DNA from: Pontiella sp.
Lineage (GTDB): Bacteria; Verrucomicrobiota; Kiritimatiellia; Kiritimatiellales; Pontiellaceae
Direction of reading: 5' to 3'
DNA length: 64,000 nucleotides
Assembly (NCBI GenBank): GCA_050290185.1
Contig: JBNKHE010000007.1
Span: 64,001-128,000 of the forward strand
Below, in pieces: positions 61,300 to 64,000 of the stretch. Numbering within the stretch: the first letter of the stretch is position 1; every line of letters starts with the position of its first letter. Below the pieces are notes generated by a model. That model ran no database searches, was not told where the DNA came from, and saw nothing but the letters and a program-made list of their open reading frames with translations. A program made the position numbers and the translations under genes.

Positions 61300-62158
61300 A
61301 AATCTCTCTCCATTTCTGCTTTGCTGACCATTCTTTATTTTTTGACTGATATTCGATTGCTTCAAGTGATTTATTATATGCAACTGTCGCTTTATATCTG
61401 AAGTTTGTAATGTTTGAAATCCACTGACCACTACCTATTGCAAACCACAAGGTTTTATCTGATGGCTCGTTCTTGAGATATTGAAAAAAATCTCGGCTCA
61501 TCCAGTCATAGTACAGGTAAGATTGGTGTTTATTACTCCAGTTGGTAAGAAAACGGTAGGCGAGAGTATCGATTAGAAGACCATTAATCGGAACTGTGCA
61601 GTAATATTTCCATGCCCGAGCCATTCGGCATAGGTTTTTTAGGTTATAGTTGGTAAGAATGTTCCCGTTGTTGATGGCGTCTATTTCGGGAATCGGATTC
61701 GTGACCTTCCAGCTTCCACCATTATTTGAGTCTGCATGAGTGTATTTATTATCAGTACCTACTTTGAAAACAGGGAGTACCTCAAACTTCGTCTGGTCGG
61801 AAAAATCCACTGTAACTATCTGACCGTCCCCTTTAAGTGTGGTCGTTGGATATGTTTTGGCAATAGAGTTCTTTACAGCCTGAATCAATGCTGACTGGCC
61901 ATTTCCAAGATAATCACTGTATTGGTGGTATGTTCGTAGTGGCATTTCAAATAGCATGTCAATATCACTTACCCACCCATTAGCAGTTCCGCGACCGTAT
62001 GAACCCACGAATCTTCCTCCTGAGGTCGTGTCCATGTGCCAGAAATCAAGATTTAGGCGCTTACAAATAGCTAAATACCTATCTGAAATAGTCGACTTCA
62101 TATTTGTGGAGATCTTTAGATCATCGCTAAAGTGCTTAAAATATTGCTCTTCACTCAT
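61277..62158 (-). CDS. SMODS/CD-NTase cyclic oligonucleotide synthase (CBASS)
   Basis: VGSYGRGT...SDID, GDGQIV, FEVLP, GGSWKVTNP, LCRMARAW. Confidence 0.9.
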   Translation of the reverse strand: MSEEQYFKHFSDDLKISTNMKSTISDRYLAICKRLNLDFWHMDTTSGGRFVGSYGRGTANGWVSDIDMLFEMPLRTYHQYSDYLGNGQSALIQAVKNSIAKTYPTTTLKGDGQIVTVDFSDQTKFEVLPVFKVGTDNKYTHADSNNGGSWKVTNPIPEIDAINNGNILTNYNLKNLCRMARAWKYYCTVPINGLLIDTLAYRFLTNWSNKHQSYLYYDWMSRDFFQYLKNEPSDKTLWFAIGSGQWISNITNFRYKATVAYNKSLEAIEYQSKNKEWSAKQKWREIYGVRFPS

Positions 62159-62258
62159 TTCATCGACTCGTAATCATATTGAAAATATACTGCTAATAAT
62201 GTACGAATCTATATTTGCACTTAATATTAGTATTTTCAAGATGGATGGGTAGTAGGAC

Positions 62259-62978
62259 ATGGAAAACTCACTCGATTTATTGACAGACGAACGGGAACTA
62301 ACCAAGTTCATGGACAATCCTACGAGGGCAGTTGCTGAGGTCTTCATTGGGATCATGAAATCCGATAAGTGGTCTAAATATGAATCTGGATTTCGGTTGT
62401 TTGATTCTCTTCTCAAGAAACGGCTAATCCAGCAACTTGTTTCCGAGGTCGAACGGTATCAAGAAGCAGGCAAGGTCAAAATGGACTACATGGAGACCGA
62501 CTATAACAGGATGGCCCTCAAGGAGGTCTTCAAGATTATCGATGAAGATCCCCCAGACGAAGAAAAGTTCAAGGCCATCAAGTCGCTGTTTCTTTGTAAC
62601 ATCGAAGGAAAGGCGACAGAGGGAGACCAGATGCTGACTTATCAGTATTTGCAGGTCGTGAACAAACTCTCTTCGGGCGAAATAATTCTGCTCAAGAGCA
62701 TGTGGGAAGCCAAAGACTACTCTAAACGGAAAGATGGGGTCACTTACCAGTTCAAGGATGAGTTCAAACGAAACTGGTGTAACGCAATGGCGATTCAGGC
62801 GGGATTCTCCTCAAAGCACGGGACTTTGGTTGAACTTCACGCCAAGAAACTCCACGAACTCAGACTAATGGGAAAACTGCCAGAGCCAGTGCTTGATGGA
62901 CACATCAATCCATCCGAGAACAACATGCTGACTCCTTTGGGGATTAATCTGTGTGAGTTCATCACAAAGTATGGGTAA
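62259..62978 (+). CDS. Hypothetical protein, possibly Abi-alpha-like
   Basis: Helical N-terminus, LSSGEIILL, wHTH-like end LTPLGINLCEFI; AGGA RBS. Confidence 0.55.
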   Translation: MENSLDLLTDERELTKFMDNPTRAVAEVFIGIMKSDKWSKYESGFRLFDSLLKKRLIQQLVSEVERYQEAGKVKMDYMETDYNRMALKEVFKIIDEDPPDEEKFKAIKSLFLCNIEGKATEGDQMLTYQYLQVVNKLSSGEIILLKSMWEAKDYSKRKDGVTYQFKDEFKRNWCNAMAIQAGFSSKHGTLVELHAKKLHELRLMGKLPEPVLDGHINPSENNMLTPLGINLCEFITKYG

Positions 62979-63356
62979 CAAAACTCCAGAGAAACCTTGG
63001 TCTTAAACCCAACAAGAAATGCTAGAGGCCATGGCAGACCCTAGATATTCGACTTGTGAATCATGCCGAAGAACAGTTCGAGACAGATTTAAATGCTCAC
63101 CTTGGTTTGAGGTCGATATCCCCAAAAAACCTAAAGCCCATTTTCTTGACCATCTCAGGCATCTGAGCGGAGCCGCAAAGGGCTGAACATTCAAGTGCAA
63201 GACCGGTTTGGCTTGGAGATTTCTTGCTGAGGCGAAATTATTTTCATACCTCGACCTGATACAGCAATCAGTACATATTTCAAAATGTATCAAAATATCA
63301 CCTTTTGTAAGGTTTTGCATTGCAGTGATTTAGTGTTTTGGTCGAAGGTGGGCGTT

Positions 63357-63375
63357 GAATCATGGGAATGGCTCA
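63357..63375 (+). repeat. attR core with displaced original ddl 3' end
   Basis: GAATCATGGGAATGGCTCA followed by T CTA TAG. Confidence 0.85.
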
Positions 63376-63409
63376 TCTATAGTTTTCTCATTGATTCAGA
63401 GGTACACGA

Positions 63410-64000
63410 ATGGCTGCTCGGAAGACGAAGAAATCACAATATAAACCGCAATATGTAAGGGCCAAAAAACGCAAGGGAGCGGATAAGGCCGTGGTTGCCC
63501 AAAGAAGCGTCGTGGTGCTTGTGGTTTTGTTGATTCTGGCCGCCCTCGCCATTGGAATCGGACTGGGATTCCGGTGGGTCGGCAAGAAGCTTTTTTCCGA
63601 AAACCCACGGTTTGAAATCCAGCATCTGGAAATCACCTGCGACGGAAAGTTGAGCGAAGAGAAAATCCGGGAATATACCGGGTTGCATGAAGGCATGAAT
63701 CTTTTTGCCTTGTCGTTCGAGGAGATTCAGAACGAACTGGGCAAGGTGCCGATGGTTGAATCGGTCGAACTCGAGCGCAAGTTGCCCAGTACGCTTTCGG
63801 TTGTCGTCAAGGAGCGTGTTCCGGTTGCGCGGGTTCTGATCCATAACTACAAAACGCCGCGCCTCATGGATCGGTACGGTGTTGTCCTTCCTCCGCGTGT
63901 GAGTGCTAAACTGGCAACGCTTCCGCTCATTAAAGGACTCGATGACGAGGTCAGGGTGGGGGAGCGGACGGAAAACCGCGATGTGGATTGTGCTCTCGAA
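63410..64000 (+). CDS. ftsQ: Cell division protein FtsQ/DivIB (runs off the window)
   Basis: My translation: MAARKTKK..., one TM, POTRA-like region NLFALS...VELERKLPSTLSVVVKERVPVA; GAGG RBS; normally follows ddl. Confidence 0.85.
   Translation, partial: MAARKTKKSQYKPQYVRAKKRKGADKAVVAQRSVVVLVVLLILAALAIGIGLGFRWVGKKLFSENPRFEIQHLEITCDGKLSEEKIREYTGLHEGMNLFALSFEEIQNELGKVPMVESVELERKLPSTLSVVVKERVPVARVLIHNYKTPRLMDRYGVVLPPRVSAKLATLPLIKGLDDEVRVGERTENRDVDCALE

Larger units (their letters stand above)
47736..63375. mobile_element. ~15.6 kb integrative element/genomic island in the 3' end of ddl
   Basis: Flanking direct repeats, integrase next to attL, visibly AT-richer sequence, defence cargo, interrupts the conserved ddl-ftsQ order. 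Confidence 0.9.

Noticed and set aside
63003..63320. 105-aa minus-strand ORF at the island right end
   Set aside because: No recognisable motif or RBS; overlaps the presumed att arm region

Overview
Bacterial chromosome segment, probably from the PVC superphylum (Kiritimatiellota/Pontiella-like; inferred only from gene content and style). Positions 1-47.7 kb are mostly housekeeping: exbB plus three exbD, trpA, manC, tRNA-Leu(CAA), dGTPase, Nudix, HPr, rnr, glgA, yraN, blaI/M56 sensor, Ni-SOD, upp, rny, ygfA, rarA, a 6S RNA, GH16, split coaB/coaC, frr, pyrH, mutS, ybeY, a 7TM-HD protein, phoH, a PEGA protein, PFOR (nifJ), an ArsR-thioredoxin-CcdA-permease operon and ddl. From about 47,736 to 63,375 a ~15.6 kb integrative element sits in the 3' end of ddl, flanked by a 19-bp direct repeat with one mismatch, and separates ddl from ftsQ. 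It carries a tyrosine integrase, an 801-aa Zn-ribbon/PD-(D/E)xK candidate nuclease, a relic C-terminus of a T7-like single-subunit RNA polymerase directly followed by a T7/T3-like promoter (CTCACTATAGGAAGA), a structured leader, a 586-aa family-A/T7-like polymerase-motif protein, hairpin-rich spacers, a coupled ORFan operon, a K+-channel/membrane-protein pair, a two-gene CBASS (CD-NTase + SLATT) and an Abi-like ORF. The best candidate for a novel system is a satellite-like island switched on by the RNA polymerase of a T7-like helper phage. No database searches or folding programs were run; family calls come from recognised motifs.
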